This document shows positions 52,701 to 62,913 of a DNA stretch of 64,000 nucleotides, piece by piece; the stretch's first letter is position 1; the number at the start of each line of letters is the position of its first letter. Where the stretch lies: the NCBI RefSeq assembly GCF_022045235.1, contig NW_027266343.1, forward strand, positions 30,442,001 through 30,506,000. The letters are read 5' to 3'. Origin of the DNA: Haliotis cracherodii. Taxonomy: Eukaryota. Position numbers and translations under genes: made by a program. The notes beneath the pieces were generated by a model, which saw nothing but the letters and a program-made list of their open reading frames with translations, did no database searches and had not been told where the DNA came from.

Positions 52701-53291
52701 ATTTGGCTTGGACTAGACTTACAAACCAGCCTTGACCTTCTCATGTGTTTTATTCTCAAATTCTCAGTGTTGTTTTGAGTATATGAACTTAACTTCATTG
52801 TTGCAAAAATAATACATACACAGTTTTGATGTATACAAAACTACATAATTGGACATACACATGTACACACGCAGACAAATTTGCAAGGTGAAAGGTTTTC
52901 GTAAGCATCATCCAATCAAATTCAATGATTCACCCCATTACTGTCAACGAGGTCCTTGATTGTTGTCCCAAAAGCCCATTGGGCCGTTAACGCTAATTAG
53001 CATCTGGTGATTAGGAGGGATACTTTAAATGGCGCCGGCAAGATGAGCCGACAGGGGCATTGTTTGTCATCCCGGAGGCTTGTGTTCTATTCTGGTAGCC
53101 CCTGTCGTTATTTTGGTGTAGTATTGTAAAAGCAGCATAAAACACTTCTCACTCACTCACTCACTAACAATTTTGTCCCACCAGATGCTCACCAGAAGAG
53201 CTTCGCCAACAAGATCCGGTGGTTGGACAACAACACTTTTGTGAGCGTGGGGCAGGACTCCAACATCAAGCAGTGGAGTGTACAGTTCTGA
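28592..53291 (+). CDS. WDR1: WD repeat-containing protein 1 / actin-interacting protein 1 (AIP1), about 600 aa; 15 coding exons found, first short exon unresolved
   Basis: 15 exons totalling 1784 nt splice in one frame. Hallmark motifs include [88 protein letters not shown] and a C-terminal GQDSNIKQW. Confidence 0.96.
29998..30774. repeat. Dispersed repeat of about 750 bp, copy 2
   Basis: Matches 6091-6835. Confidence 0.85.
31188..31691. mobile_element. hAT-type MITE
   Basis: TIR cagctccagataag / cttatctggagctctg with perfect 8-bp TSD cataccca. Confidence 0.85.
32270..32548 (-). mobile_element. Truncated inverted copy of the 39952-41047 element
   Basis: Ends gtgcactatactcaagaaaatactgta; reverse-complement similarity to 39950-40210. 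Confidence 0.75.
32780..33078 (+). mobile_element. Helentron-associated (HINE/DINE-like) non-autonomous element
   Basis: Sub-terminal IR tcatacccccgacct / aggtcgggggtatga, (ccgt)-type microsatellite, 3' hairpin gtgagccctgctcac, T-rich ends. Related pieces lie at about 29060-29290 and 42447-42650. Confidence 0.7.
33185..33275 (+). CDS. WDR1: WDR1 exon 3
   Basis: ctag|[30 protein letters not shown] G|gtacgt. Confidence 0.94.
33442..34886. repeat. 30-bp minisatellite (caaccytgtaagaacaaytaccyacaccat), about 48 copies
   Basis: Strict 30-bp periodicity in WDR1 intron 3. Confidence 0.98.
35125..36251. mobile_element. Non-autonomous hAT-type element nested in another hAT MITE (about 34950-36284, minus)
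   Basis: TIR caggggtccggaaa / tttccgggcccctg with 8-bp TSD ttgggtag/tcgggtag. The flanks rejoin into the reverse complement of the 24000 MITE family. Confidence 0.85.
36343..36490 (+). CDS. WDR1: WDR1 exon 4
   Basis: ttgcag|(D)[10 protein letters not shown]...KIKDLDWSPDNSKIVLVGAGKE AA|gtaaga. Confidence 0.94.
37734..38404 (-). mobile_element. 5'-truncated Penelope-like retroelement: GIY-YIG endonuclease C-terminus plus inverted pseudo-LTRs
   Basis: ORF 37890..38183 (SAILDH...HNINWDNAQIL...KRKLTEAVHI...PSINRDQG) resembles PLE endonuclease tails. Inverted arms 37734-37857 vs 38128-38369; 14-bp TSD atacatatccttac. Confidence 0.85.
39076..39256 (+). CDS. WDR1: WDR1 exon 5
   Basis: ctcaag|G FGACITYDSGNNVGEISGH...RPFRIVTASED...EGPPFKYTKTIG|gtaagc. 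Confidence 0.94.
39952..41047. mobile_element. Non-autonomous Tc1/mariner-pogo type DNA transposon (about 1.1 kb)
   Basis: 27-bp TIRs ccgtattttcttgagtatagtgcrcac flanked by TA on both sides. Confidence 0.9.
41132..41250 (+). mobile_element. 3' fragment of SINE D with (CACGCA)n(CAGA)n microsatellite
   Basis: agtccggactagtacaagca is shared with 61068-61088. Confidence 0.6.
41420..41497 (+). CDS. WDR1: WDR1 exon 6
   Basis: ttgcag|[26 protein letters not shown]|gtacga. Confidence 0.94.
41512..41749 (+). mobile_element. SINE-like family A copy
   Basis: Starts 15 nt after the exon 6 donor; (CAAA)n tail. Confidence 0.85.
42322..42399 (+). CDS. WDR1: WDR1 exon 7
   Basis: ttccag|AYVFDGKTGEQIGELGAPAHGGGIYA|gtaagc. 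Confidence 0.94.
42781..43033 (+). mobile_element. SINE-like family A, full-length copy nested in an older family A copy
   Basis: gacccttgaagatcc...gctggaatattgctgagtgcggcgttaaac(aaac)n; the flanks 42640-42780 and 43034-43090 rejoin as a degenerate copy. Confidence 0.88.
43228..43319 (+). CDS. WDR1: WDR1 exon 8
   Basis: tcccag|[30 protein letters not shown] AC|gtgagt. Confidence 0.94.
43438..43771 (+). mobile_element. Partial SINE A (43438-43566) plus SINE C (43635-43771)
   Basis: B box gggttcgattccc, core acaatgtgtgaagcccatttctg, tail gctggaatattgctaaaag. Confidence 0.75.
44186..44327 (+). CDS. WDR1: WDR1 exon 9
   Basis: atcag|T [47 protein letters not shown]|gtgaga. Confidence 0.93.
44395..44728. 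repeat. About 42-bp minisatellite (tgtctggtggtttgtctgggyyggtgtggccaagt...), about 8 copies
   Basis: Visible tandem array in WDR1 intron 9. Confidence 0.95.
44883..44964 (+). CDS. WDR1: WDR1 exon 10 (ends at the AT-AC U12 donor)
   Basis: tttcag|GHNKPITALAVTTDNSRIYTGTSEAAI A|atatcctt. Confidence 0.92.
45944..46219 (+). mobile_element. SINE family B, full-length, tRNA-derived
   Basis: A box GTGGCCCAGTCGT, B box GGTTCGAATCC, (ACTC)n tail, TSD tattgtataga/tactgtataga. Confidence 0.9.
46480..46654. mobile_element. Tigger/pogo-like MITE
   Basis: cagtaaactatggttacaacgaac / gtttgttataaacgtagttaactg with TA flanks. Confidence 0.7.
46772..46925 (+). CDS. WDR1: WDR1 exon 11
   Basis: ggtcac|(N)YWNVSSGESEEMKGKGHSSQVQDM...GFDDTLRDTSAVSNEY AG|gtaagt. 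Confidence 0.92.
47233..47868 (+). repeat. (AC)n tract, SINE A 3' half (47333-47456) and 41-bp minisatellite (about 10 copies, 47448-47868)
   Basis: Unit acaaacaaaccctgacaatgtaggtaacaacatatgtctga. Confidence 0.93.
48533..48614 (+). CDS. WDR1: WDR1 exon 12
   Basis: tttcag|T LNSNKLDSQPKSVSRKQGMSVVACINH|gtgagt. Confidence 0.9.
48762..48960 (+). mobile_element. SINE-like family A, diverged copy
   Basis: ggttagaataggtc ... gactaacaggattgggtgg ... gctggaatattgctaagtgcggc. Confidence 0.75.
49121..49225 (+). CDS. WDR1: WDR1 exon 13
   Basis: ttgtag|VMVLEGNHKLSAIPAKFDPQCVDIHPGMSQVAVGG|gtaagt. Confidence 0.92.
49260..49965. repeat. C-rich minisatellite of about 39 bp (ccccatcggaacccctcatctcattccacaccctcat) decaying into low complexity
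   Basis: Tandem array just after the exon 13 donor. Confidence 0.93.
50088..50258 (+). CDS. WDR1: WDR1 exon 14
   Basis: tttcag|SDVFVVYQLSNGTLSEVKR...VRYSPDGATLAV...YSVDTYE|gtgagt. Confidence 0.92.
50614..50888 (+). mobile_element. SINE family B, full-length copy
   Basis: Colinear with 45944-46219. Another fragment lies at about 59405-59530. Confidence 0.9.
51563..51726. mobile_element. Palindromic MITE-like hairpin
   Basis: Arms 51591-51616 and 51674-51699 are complementary at 25 of 26 positions. Confidence 0.7.
51804..52087. repeat. 142-bp near-perfect tandem duplication
   Basis: 51804-51945 repeats as 51946-52087. Confidence 0.95.
52068..52316 (+). mobile_element. SINE-like family A copy
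   Basis: gaataggtcttcagcaac...ggcgttaaacaacaagcaaac. Confidence 0.85.
52446..52533 (+). repeat. 20-bp tandem repeat x4 containing the WDR1 exon 15 acceptor
   Basis: (aattgtttcaatgttgcagg)4. Confidence 0.95.
52525..52675 (+). CDS. WDR1: WDR1 exon 15 (alternative in-frame start at 52465)
   Basis: ttgcag|ELFSSVAHAARVCDVDWSPDSSHLATCSIDSGIAVW...VK G|gtatgt; the acceptor is present in 4 tandem copies. Confidence 0.88.
53185..53291 (+). CDS. WDR1: WDR1 last coding exon
   Basis: caccag|(D)AHQKSFANKIRWLDNNTFVSVGQDSNIKQWSVQF TGA. Confidence 0.94.
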
Positions 53292-53598
53292 TGCAGCTTA
53301 TAGATGATGCTGTCTCCCTGTTTACATCGATTAGCAATTTTCTCACCAGTATTTTCCATTCATAACACCAATTATCATAATTTCTATATGTATGAATATT
53401 TTGATTCCAAACTTTGGTTGCTTTCAGTGTGTTGTTATTTTATGGTTAACTGTTACCAGGGCTCGATTTAGCTATAATAGACCTATTATTGAAAAACGCT
53501 TTCAGATATTTTTGTTTGCAAATGCATGGAAAAAGATTTCAAATGTGTGTCTGACTAACCCTTACTTGGCCACACAAATGGATCTTTGAACACACACC

Positions 53599-53604
53599 AA
53601 TAAA
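53599..53604 (+). terminator. Probable WDR1 polyadenylation signal AATAAA
   Basis: AATAAA about 310 nt after the stop, followed by GT-rich sequence (gtgttgtgtgt) about 30 nt later. Confidence 0.6.
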
Positions 53605-56600
53605 GTAAAGTTACCAAACTACATCACTGATCCATGTGTTGTGTGTAACTTGTCATGCTTTCTTATGGCTTCAAGATTATGGGCACATGTTACGTTTTAC
53701 AGCAATGCGGCATTAATTTTGGGACACTAGCAGCAGACGGGGCTATGTTTCAATTGTGATAAACCAAATAAACTGCACCATGTGCAGTTATGTCAAGTTC
53801 CTTAAATCGAGCCCCGGTTTCCATGCTTCTAGATTATTCTTGTTTGTAAATATGAGGCTTTCTTCATGGAGGCCTAGGAAGCTTCTTGTTGTGAAAAATC
53901 TTAATTCTGTGGGGACATCTTCAGTCAACATTTATGATGATTTGTGATATGTTAAAATGTCAAGACATACTTTCACAAGTAATATTTGACTGTCATAAGT
54001 CTGTGTCGAAGCATAGCAGTTCTGATTGTTTTAAGTCTGTGTCAAGGTGTTCGACTTACGACTGTTGTAAGCCTGTGTTGAAGAATAGGCTATTTTTATG
54101 ACTATTATATCACTATTCTCTCTATACAACAATTGGCCATAGGGCCAAGAGAGGTGCAGCACGCTCCATTTATTCTTTGGGAAGGGTGTGTGTGTAATTA
54201 TTAGCAAGATGGTTAGAAAATTGCCAATTAAATGTGAAATGGTGTGATAAGCTTGCTGAGAAGTGCTGCCAGCAGAATGAGAAGGCATCATTGTATGATG
54301 TCTCGCTAGACATATTATGAAATCACCATAACCTATTTCTCAGGAGTAACCTCTGTGCACTATGCTTGTATATACATGTATTAGCATCTACTGACCATGC
54401 TCGCATACCGGTATTTGTGTTGTAGTCAGCCCACAGTCAGATCAAGACTGATCCTAGTGCTAGAACTACTTTAGGCCTGGATGTCGGTGCTAGTTTCATT
54501 GTTATTGTCAAGAAGTAATTCACTTGTAATTATGATGTCTGTCAAAGATCCAGAAAATTTTAAATGTTTAACTACTTATTGATGTTTGAATTTCCCCAAA
54601 CCACCCTCAGCCTGTAATAAATGATTATATTTTTGTTTATATTTTACTGGTCAAATCGATAATGGAAGTTTCTTGGAGATGTTCATTGAAATTACCTGTA
54701 GTACTGGCCATCTTAAAGGCCACATCAGAATATATGGGTTTGCTAATGGCCACCAGCTGGGTTTTTAGTAATTAATCTCTTTCTCTGCCTACCGAACAAA
54801 ATATGTTGAATTCCTTTTCTAATTCATGACAAGAACGTAGTCCTTGTGTTAATTCAAAATGCATTTAAAGAACCATATTAGCTTTAAGACAATCGGAAGC
54901 AATTCGGAGACATATTTGAGTGAAAGAATCTAAGAAACAAGTGTAAAGGTGCCCTTTGGGAAGGCTAAATGAGAACATAAGGTTTTTTCAGTTACCATAT
55001 TTGTTGTATTAGTGCCACACTCCAGTAAGTGCCCCCGACCAACTTCTAGACCAGCCTCAAAATAATCTTCATAAGCGCCCTAATCTTCATAATATGCATT
55101 TACAAGGCACACCTCTTTGTCAATAATCCTCAAAATGTTTGCAGCGCCACGGGTGCTTATTACTGCGAAACAGAATTGTACTCTGGGCCTGAGGCCTTTC
55201 AGTATGGAATAAAACTTATCCTATCCTATCCTACTGTGAATATGGTACTTGGAGTGTTGATGGAGCAACCTGCATCCTATTATGGTATTTTGATCGCATT
55301 TGCATTTTTATTTTTTGTGTTTATGAATATTGTTTTAATACAGCAGCACGATACCAGAACAAGAAGTTTATCTGCAGGGGACAGCTCTGCCTTCAGCCCC
55401 CTAACTCTGAAGTACATGTATATTTGTACAGCTGAAACTTAATAAACATTGCAAAGATGCTTGTGTTTTTGATGCGAGGTACACTGCATTGCATGCAGAA
55501 CCTGCTGTAATAACTCTAAATCATGTGTTCTTATATCTCATATGAAGCAGAATATTTGCCAGTTCCATGATTAAATGGAATAGTATTCTCATGACAACAT
55601 CTTGAAGCATTCAGTCCAATTCCGTTCCCACTTGGACAATGACGATATCCCTATCATATCCCATACTACTTGAGTAGTATGTTATTGGAAGTATCACATC
55701 TCGTGTATTGTCCAATGATGGGGTGTCCTTAAGGACATGGTTCAAATTTGTAAGAGTGGCTTCCATTGGTGATTTGCTCAAGGCTCTGGCCTTGACCTCT
55801 CCTGTCACTCATTGTGTACAAAGTTAGTTATGATAATATATTTCTTGAACTTTCATCAAAGGTTATTATTTGCAATGTGGATATTTCAGTGCTTGGTGTG
55901 AGAGTGTTAGTATGTACACAGTTTACTATAAGTGCCTTTGAATTTTGAAATTTTCACTTATTATATTATGAAGTTATAATTTGGCAACTGAATGTTATAA
56001 CTTCCTGATTTTGATTGAATATGTTGAACGATTTGAAAGAAATTGTTGAATAAGTTAGATTTGTCTTGCTGGTGTGAGTAACCATGGTAACACAAAGTCT
56101 TCATTGTAATAATATTTTCTGTGTTTACAGTCTTTTTTAAAAAAATGTTGGTTTGTAGGTTTGAAAATAATTAAAGACACATTTTTGAGCATTAGTTATT
56201 GTGCCCAAACATTTCTGAATATGTTCTCCTGTTTGCAGTGTTAAACAGGTCTCAGTTATCTTGCAGAGTAAGTTGGTTGATCCGTGAACTAAGTTTCTGA
56301 AAGGCTTTGCCTAAGACTTTAAAAACATATGCTTTGAAATACTTTTATCTGAAAAAACATCATGACAGTTTGATCTTTGTAGTGAAAATAAAATATTTAA
56401 TGTTATTTGTTAATGACGTTAATGCACAATGCAGTTCTGAGGTTGATCAGGTCTCAAGTGCCCAGAATTGAGTAGTGTTTGGTGTAGATAAAGCTTGCTT
56501 CTTGTCCATGAATGTCTCCACAGCTCTTGCCAGGGTTGTAGTCTATGCATTGTGTATGCATTATGTAGGCATCATTTAAAACACCACTTAACAGTCAAGA

Positions 56601-56713
56601 GATGACCATCCACAAATGTCTTTCAGCTTTCAAGGTTTCCACACAGAAGCATTGCTTTGTTTAAAGTATATTGTGCTAATTCAAGATGTTGTTGCATATG
56701 CTTGTTACGTCTA

Positions 56714-57014
56714 CCGTATTCGACCCAATAAGGGCCCGTGTCCCAATAAGCCCCCCCCCTTTTCCCGGATGCCCAAGTAAGATTTACTCACCTGTTTTTT
56801 ACATACGGTCAAGAATCTTTTGTAGTCGGTTAATGAGGAGATGTTCACCAGTAAAACGTAAGTAACAGTTTATCTCCAGCCCTCCAGCAACAGAAGGATA
56901 TTGATAGGCTTACTGATGCATTTACGCCAATTTGACTCTGAATTGGTCCCAATAAGCGCCCACCCCTTCTGTCTTTATCTTAAGCGCCCTGGGCGCTTAT
57001 TGGGTCGAATACTA
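56714..57014. mobile_element. Tc1/pogo-type MITE (about 300 bp)
   Basis: TIR ccgtattcgacccaataag / cttattgggtcgaatac with TA flanks; a degenerate relative lies at about 54993-55178. Confidence 0.8.
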
Positions 57015-58040
57015 TATTTTATTTTATCGTTCCACGTTGAATTGGGCTTCGTACACTGAAGTAATTCCTTTAGTTGAACACTTTGTGCTTGTTTTGTTTT
57101 CTAATAGTGTTATGTAGCTGTTCAACATCTGTGCAAGTGTATATGCTTATTGCTATGATCACCTGAAAACACATTCAGTGGCGATTTAGTCAGTTTGTCA
57201 GCCTATTTTTTGAAAATATTCAAACAACTGTATATAGCTGAAAAAAGCATGAGGAGAAAATGTGTTCGACTGAAACTATATATTTGATAGAGAAATGTTC
57301 ATGGAATATATGATCCAGTATTTTATTAAGAATAGCTTAGGTTGTTAGAACCAGAATATGTTTAGCTAATTTTTCACGTGGACTTAGAAGTTTGTATTGG
57401 CAATCCCTTTTCCTAGCATCTACAAGGAGGTATCTGCATTAACTTCTGACGGGCCACAACAAAGAAAGGAATTTTTGTCAGAATATATATGGAATTGGTG
57501 TTGCTGTAACATATTTTAGAAGGTTTAAATAAAATAGAAAATTTGCTTATTGGACATTTGGGTACATAAGTGAACCTGTTGTTTAGGGAGCCACAATTTG
57601 CTGTGCAGGGTTGTGTCCCTTATCAGTGCCTGGATCTGCTGGCTATTGGTTCAAATCCCATTTTAATGCTGATTATGATCCTTGGTGTGTTAGTACCTGT
57701 ACTGGTAGGTTTCACAAGTATATAATATATACTTGTGAAACCTACCAGAACTATATAAACAAGTCGGTGGTTTCACACAAGGAAATGTCTACGACCTACA
57801 CATTTATTTTTCTTGACATGTGAATTTGACACATTCTTAACTATTGCAGTTTAAATAATTTAACTAATCGTATATCAATGCTTCTTAGAGTTTCATTATA
57901 ATGAGGCATAAATACTTGTTGAATTCCAGATTATGATAGTTGGTTTGTCAGCACCATACTATTGCTGTGAGTTAACTGTAATACGGATGAAGGCAGTGTT
58001 AGTCATTCCTTATCGTGAACATAACTTTAATCACTAGCAC

Positions 58041-58448
58041 ATAGGGTTACACAGGGTGTAGATTTTACCATTTGGATCAGTCAGTCGTTTTTTAGTCATG
58101 TACATGGACAAGTAATGTCCATGTAACCACAAACAGATAGAGTTACACAGGGTGTAGATTTTACCATTTGGATCAGCGAGTCATTGTTTAGTCATGTACA
58201 TGGCCAAGTAATGTCGATGTAACCACAAACAGATAGGGTTACACCGGGTGTAGATTTTACCATTTGGATCAGCGAGTCATTGTTTAGTCGTGTGCATGGA
58301 CAAGTAATGTCGATGTAACCACAAACAGATAGGGTTACACAGGGTGTAGATTTTACCATTTGGATCAGCGAGTCATTGTTTACTCGTGTGCATGGACAAG
58401 TAATGTCGATGTAACCACAAACAGATAGGGTTACACAGGGTGTAGATA
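58041..58448. repeat. 96-bp tandem repeat, about 4.2 copies
   Basis: Units start at 58041, 58137, 58233, 58329 and 58425. Confidence 0.95.
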
Positions 58449-60867
58449 TCACTACTGTGATTAGTCAGACAGTGTTAGTGTACAGGGACAGTTAGTGTCC
58501 TACATCTGTAGAATGTTATGCAGTGACTGTAGGAGAACATTTCTGGTCAGAGGATAGTACGATACTGTTTTCGGGGGGGACCACTGGAAAAATCAAATTT
58601 TATGGCTACATAAATCTTTACGATATAATGAAAGTATTCGGGTATGTTCATATGATTAACACCTAGCTTTTCCTCTTTGTATACCTTAAAAATGTTGAAC
58701 TGAAATCATCCAGAACAACACTAACACCTTGTTTTTAACTCTCAAAACTTGTTCTGACTCAAATATGAGAAAAATTCTTCCTGAAAACCTGGAAGATGAG
58801 CCCTTTAGACACACTATAGCAGCCCCTTTAAATTTGGTGTTGTAAGTCCAAATCATGCCAGTGTTGCAAAGAGCAAAGTCTATTTCTAACGATTTCTGAA
58901 AACTTTCAAGTTTCTGAATGTTTTCCTAATTGTTACAGTTAGTCCAAACCTTCCTCGTGATTCTTGTCCTTTCAAGTCTGGCATTATGCACAAGCCCAAC
59001 ACGATTTCATCTGCCACAAGACATGGTAGATCAATGGATGTTTGGGTACACTGCCGGTTCAGCTGGCAGGCCCAGGGGTATGTGAATCATTGATGAAGCT
59101 ATCAGTGTCCATCTTTGATTAGTGTAGTTAGCCTTGTTACATTAATGTTGTGTACTTCATAACCTTTCTGCCCCTGCCCTAATATATTTTTCATTTTTAA
59201 GCACTTTTTAACAAAGTTTCAAGTCATATTTTTTTCACAAGATCCCAACTTTATGCATGCACTATGCCATTAAGAGTGTCAGATTCTCAGGGGACCTAGC
59301 TGTGGCCTTGGAACAGTCTCTTCAAGCTTTGATTCGCAAGAATGTGGCCAAAGGTACATTAGAATCAGTTTTCTTATTGGTTTGTAGAAGGCATGGTTGG
59401 TCTATTTGTCTGAGGTGCCACAATTCTCTGTGCACAGTTGCCTCCCTTGGACACTCCAGATTTTGGGTTCACATCCTGGGTTCGCCACGATTATGTTTCA
59501 AGGTTTGTCAGCGCAATACTCGTACTTGCTTGAAAGATGAAATGAAAAATAAACTCTTCTACCCAGCTTGAAGAAGGTTATAAGAAAGGTTTCAACGAAC
59601 AAGTCTCAGATCTTTGGTGGCTGACTAGCAGGTACCAATAGATATCTTGTATGACACACTCTCTCTGTTAAACAACACAGGAATTGTTGGATATAGTTTT
59701 ATTCCCACAAGTTGTAAATGGAGGGAATATGGTGATCGGTCTGTAATCATTTCAATTTCAGAAACACCTTGCATTCATTTGCACACATCCGTGTGGTGAA
59801 GTGCTTTTTTCATTTTGGACTTCTTATTTTGGGGGGCTTTTGTTTCTGAAGCAGCATTAATATACATTTAATATATTTGAACACCTTTTTACACATGGTG
59901 ATATGGTGTCTTGATTCAATGGAAATCAGTAGAACTTGTTGCTAAACAGACTTCAGAAAAATAAACGTGAAAACTGTTTTGGGACAGAAGGTTTTCGTCT
60001 TGCAACGGAATAGTTCATGTCCATTGAACAGGGGACTGCGGAGGTGCACGTCGTGTTAATGCTCTACGTGTGAGTCGGTGAGCCAGTGCACTGTTGCCCA
60101 ATAGCAAACCTTCCACCCCTGCTGTTGTCAACTACATGGATAATGCAGTCCTTGGGTATGGTTGTCAGGGTGTGATCAAGTTTGTTTAGCAGGAAGCAGG
60201 GTAGGAGTAGTTGGAGTGGGATCATCTGGTGAAGGTCGATGCAGAAAGGATGCAGAAATCACTGGTTTCATAGCAATATTCTTGTACATCGATGAAGAAC
60301 ATGTGGATACCTTTCAAAGTTGGATGTGCTATGTTACTAATATGCAATGTGGCTGCCTTGAAGCAGACTGTAATATATTTAGCAACTAGTAAAATAGATA
60401 ATGCATTTGTGTGTGTTTGTTCTGTATTGTGAGAAGCAAAGGATCGTTCATTATGTGGAACAAATATAGGCCAGGGATTTGTAGCTTTTCTGGCTTCAAC
60501 TAACCTGACATTTTTTGTTATTTTGCAACTTACAGATTGGATGGATCAGGGCCGAGTCAGCTTAACTTCTGTATTCATGGTATTTGTCTGATTTGGATCA
60601 AATACATTGTATGTGGTCCCTCACCACTACAAACACCACTACACACTACAAATAATCAATGATATGTATGGTTGTCTGTGATGACATGGTGGGTCTCCAG
60701 CACCCATCCTTGTTGGTTGTTGAGTGTTCATAACAACTGACCCGACAGACTCATTGTTGATCGTGTTATCAACTGCTGTGACAGCTGGAATACACTGAAC
60801 CTCTCTTAATACAGATGCTACTGTTCATAGTGTTCATCTGGACTAAAAAATCTGATGACTGTGACGG

Positions 60868-61098
60868 GACCACCTCCGTGGTTAAGTGGTAGAGCATCCG
60901 CCCGGAGATCGGAAGGTCCAGGGTTCGATGCCCGGCCTCGTCATACCAAAAGACGTTAAAAGATGGTACTTGTTGTCACCCTGCCTGGTGCTCGGCATTA
61001 GGGGGCTAAAACAAGGCTCGGGGTCTAAGTGGGGTATCTCAGTGAGCTAGCACCATAAATCGGCATCAGTCCGGACTAGTACAAGCAGCTACACATAC
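60868..61098 (+). mobile_element. SINE family D, tRNA-derived with a Meta/MESC-like core
   Basis: A box TGGTTAAGTGG, B box GGTTCGATGCC, then gtcataccaaaagacgttaaaagatggtacttgttg...gcatta, resembling the MetaSINE central domain (from recall). Confidence 0.75.
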
Positions 61099-61572
61099 CT
61101 GGCTGTTCCATGAGCGACTGGTCCTCCCTGGTATGGGACGGCGAAAAATGTCAACAATATGATGATCGTTTGTGAAACAATTTTTTTATTCGGGTGTCCA
61201 AAATTATGAGACAAACCATCAGAGTTGGTCTGTCCAATTCATGTCGCTGTGCACATTTTGGTTTTGTTGCAATTATTAGATTTTGAGTTAGCGAGCAATT
61301 CATCGGTCTCAGATGGAATCAAACGGACACAAGGGAACAATGACACATAATCAGTCAAGTCGCATTGTCTGACCAACCAATCCTCTTTTGATAGACTGGC
61401 GATGCTGGGTTAGAGTTGGCCCTAAGCAGCTTCTGCTTGTCTTAGGAAGCAACAATGGATTGGGTGATAGCATGTCATTAACTTTGTCGCCGAAACTATC
61501 ATATCCTACTGGAGAAGAATATTGCTCACACTATCAATCACTGTAATCCACACTTGATTACTGTCGACCTCT

Positions 61573-61734
61573 GTGGGGCAGTCGATTTGCCTTGTGGTTA
61601 ACGCGTTTGCTCGTCCAACCGAAGACCTGTTTCGATTCCCAAAATGGGTACAATGTGTGAAGCCCATTTCTGATTTCCCCTGCTGTGATATTGCTAAAAG
61701 CAGCGTAAAACCAAACTCACTCACTCACTCACTC
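61573..61734 (+). mobile_element. SINE family C, tRNA-derived, (ACTC)n tail
   Basis: Head with ttcgattccc, core acaatgtgtgaagcccatttctg, tail gctaaaagcagcgtaaaaccaaactcactc. Confidence 0.8.
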
Positions 61735-62821
61735 AGGCCTGTATCATATGGTAACCAAATATATCTTTAGTCATCTGTGACAAAGGAATCCCCACATAAC
61801 AAGAACAACACAAGCCATGATCTCTTTACATAACATGTTTACTCTGTATCAGTACATATACACACAGACCTCACAACTGAGGTCTTAACAGTGATGCTAT
61901 ATACACTTCCATATAAAACATATAATCAACAACAGAACCATGTACAAACAACTGTCGCTAGGTATGTACTAACATCAGGATTTATGTACATCTCACTAAT
62001 TTTGGAATGAAAATTCACAACTTTCGTACACCACTGTGTTTGATATATCAAAGCAAGCAAAGCGATATACCTTGCTCTAGAATTATGATAAAAAGAATGG
62101 GATGACATGGACATTTCCACTCTACTCCGAGGATCATTGTGTAAGCCTTCAGGATGAACTTTTTATCACTCAGGGCAGGTAACAAATTGGAGTAAAAAAC
62201 ACATCTGAATAGTTTTTAAATTAGCTACAGTCAGTTGCATATTGGGAAAATGCTTGCTATTTGACATTTCCAACAGTAATAATTATCCAAGAGAAAGATA
62301 ATACTTAAAATCTCCACAGAGTGAGCATGCTTTCTGGGAAACAAGAAGTAATATGAAATGGCCAACATATTTCAGCTGAATATATATATGTAATTCTGGA
62401 TGGTGGACTTGAAGAACAATGAACAGAAACAACTGTCATTAAAATCTGCAACAGACGGGAGAAAATGTAAACAGACCGATTAACTAAAAATCTATTTGCT
62501 CCAATATGAAGCAAGAAATAGAGTGATCTCCCTTCATTGTAAATGGGATAAATTTTAACACTTACCTATATGAAGATACAACTGTCCGTTCTTTTATTTC
62601 GATTGAATATACATTCTGACTACACAGATGTCTGTACACACAAAGCAACACATTTACAGGACAGCTATAAATAGATAGAAGCATCCAGATGCTAGGTTAT
62701 TTTAAATAAAACTTAGTTCAAGTGTGTCGTAAGGACTAAAAAAATGATCCACATCTTGAAACTCCTTTAATTTCTGAGTATTGTAGTTTATCATGGAACA
62801 TGGGTAAGGATTCTAGACCTG

Positions 62822-62913
62822 GGCCCTGTTTCACAAAGCGTTATTAGTGCTACAACCTTCGTAAGGCTATGGTACGATCACCTTACACTAAGATCACTTG
62901 GTGGAATAGGGCC
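62822..62913. mobile_element. PIF/Harbinger-type MITE
   Basis: Termini ggccctgtttcac / tggaatagggcc with 3-bp TSD CTG. Confidence 0.65.

Noticed and set aside
55176-55808. Protein-like ORFs 55176..55442 (+) and 55611..55808 (-)
   Set aside because: Non-ATG starts, no recognisable family and no supporting splice structure.
59990-60390. GC-richer, coding-like patch
   Set aside because: The frames I read are interrupted by stops and I recognised no domain; possibly a decayed transposon.
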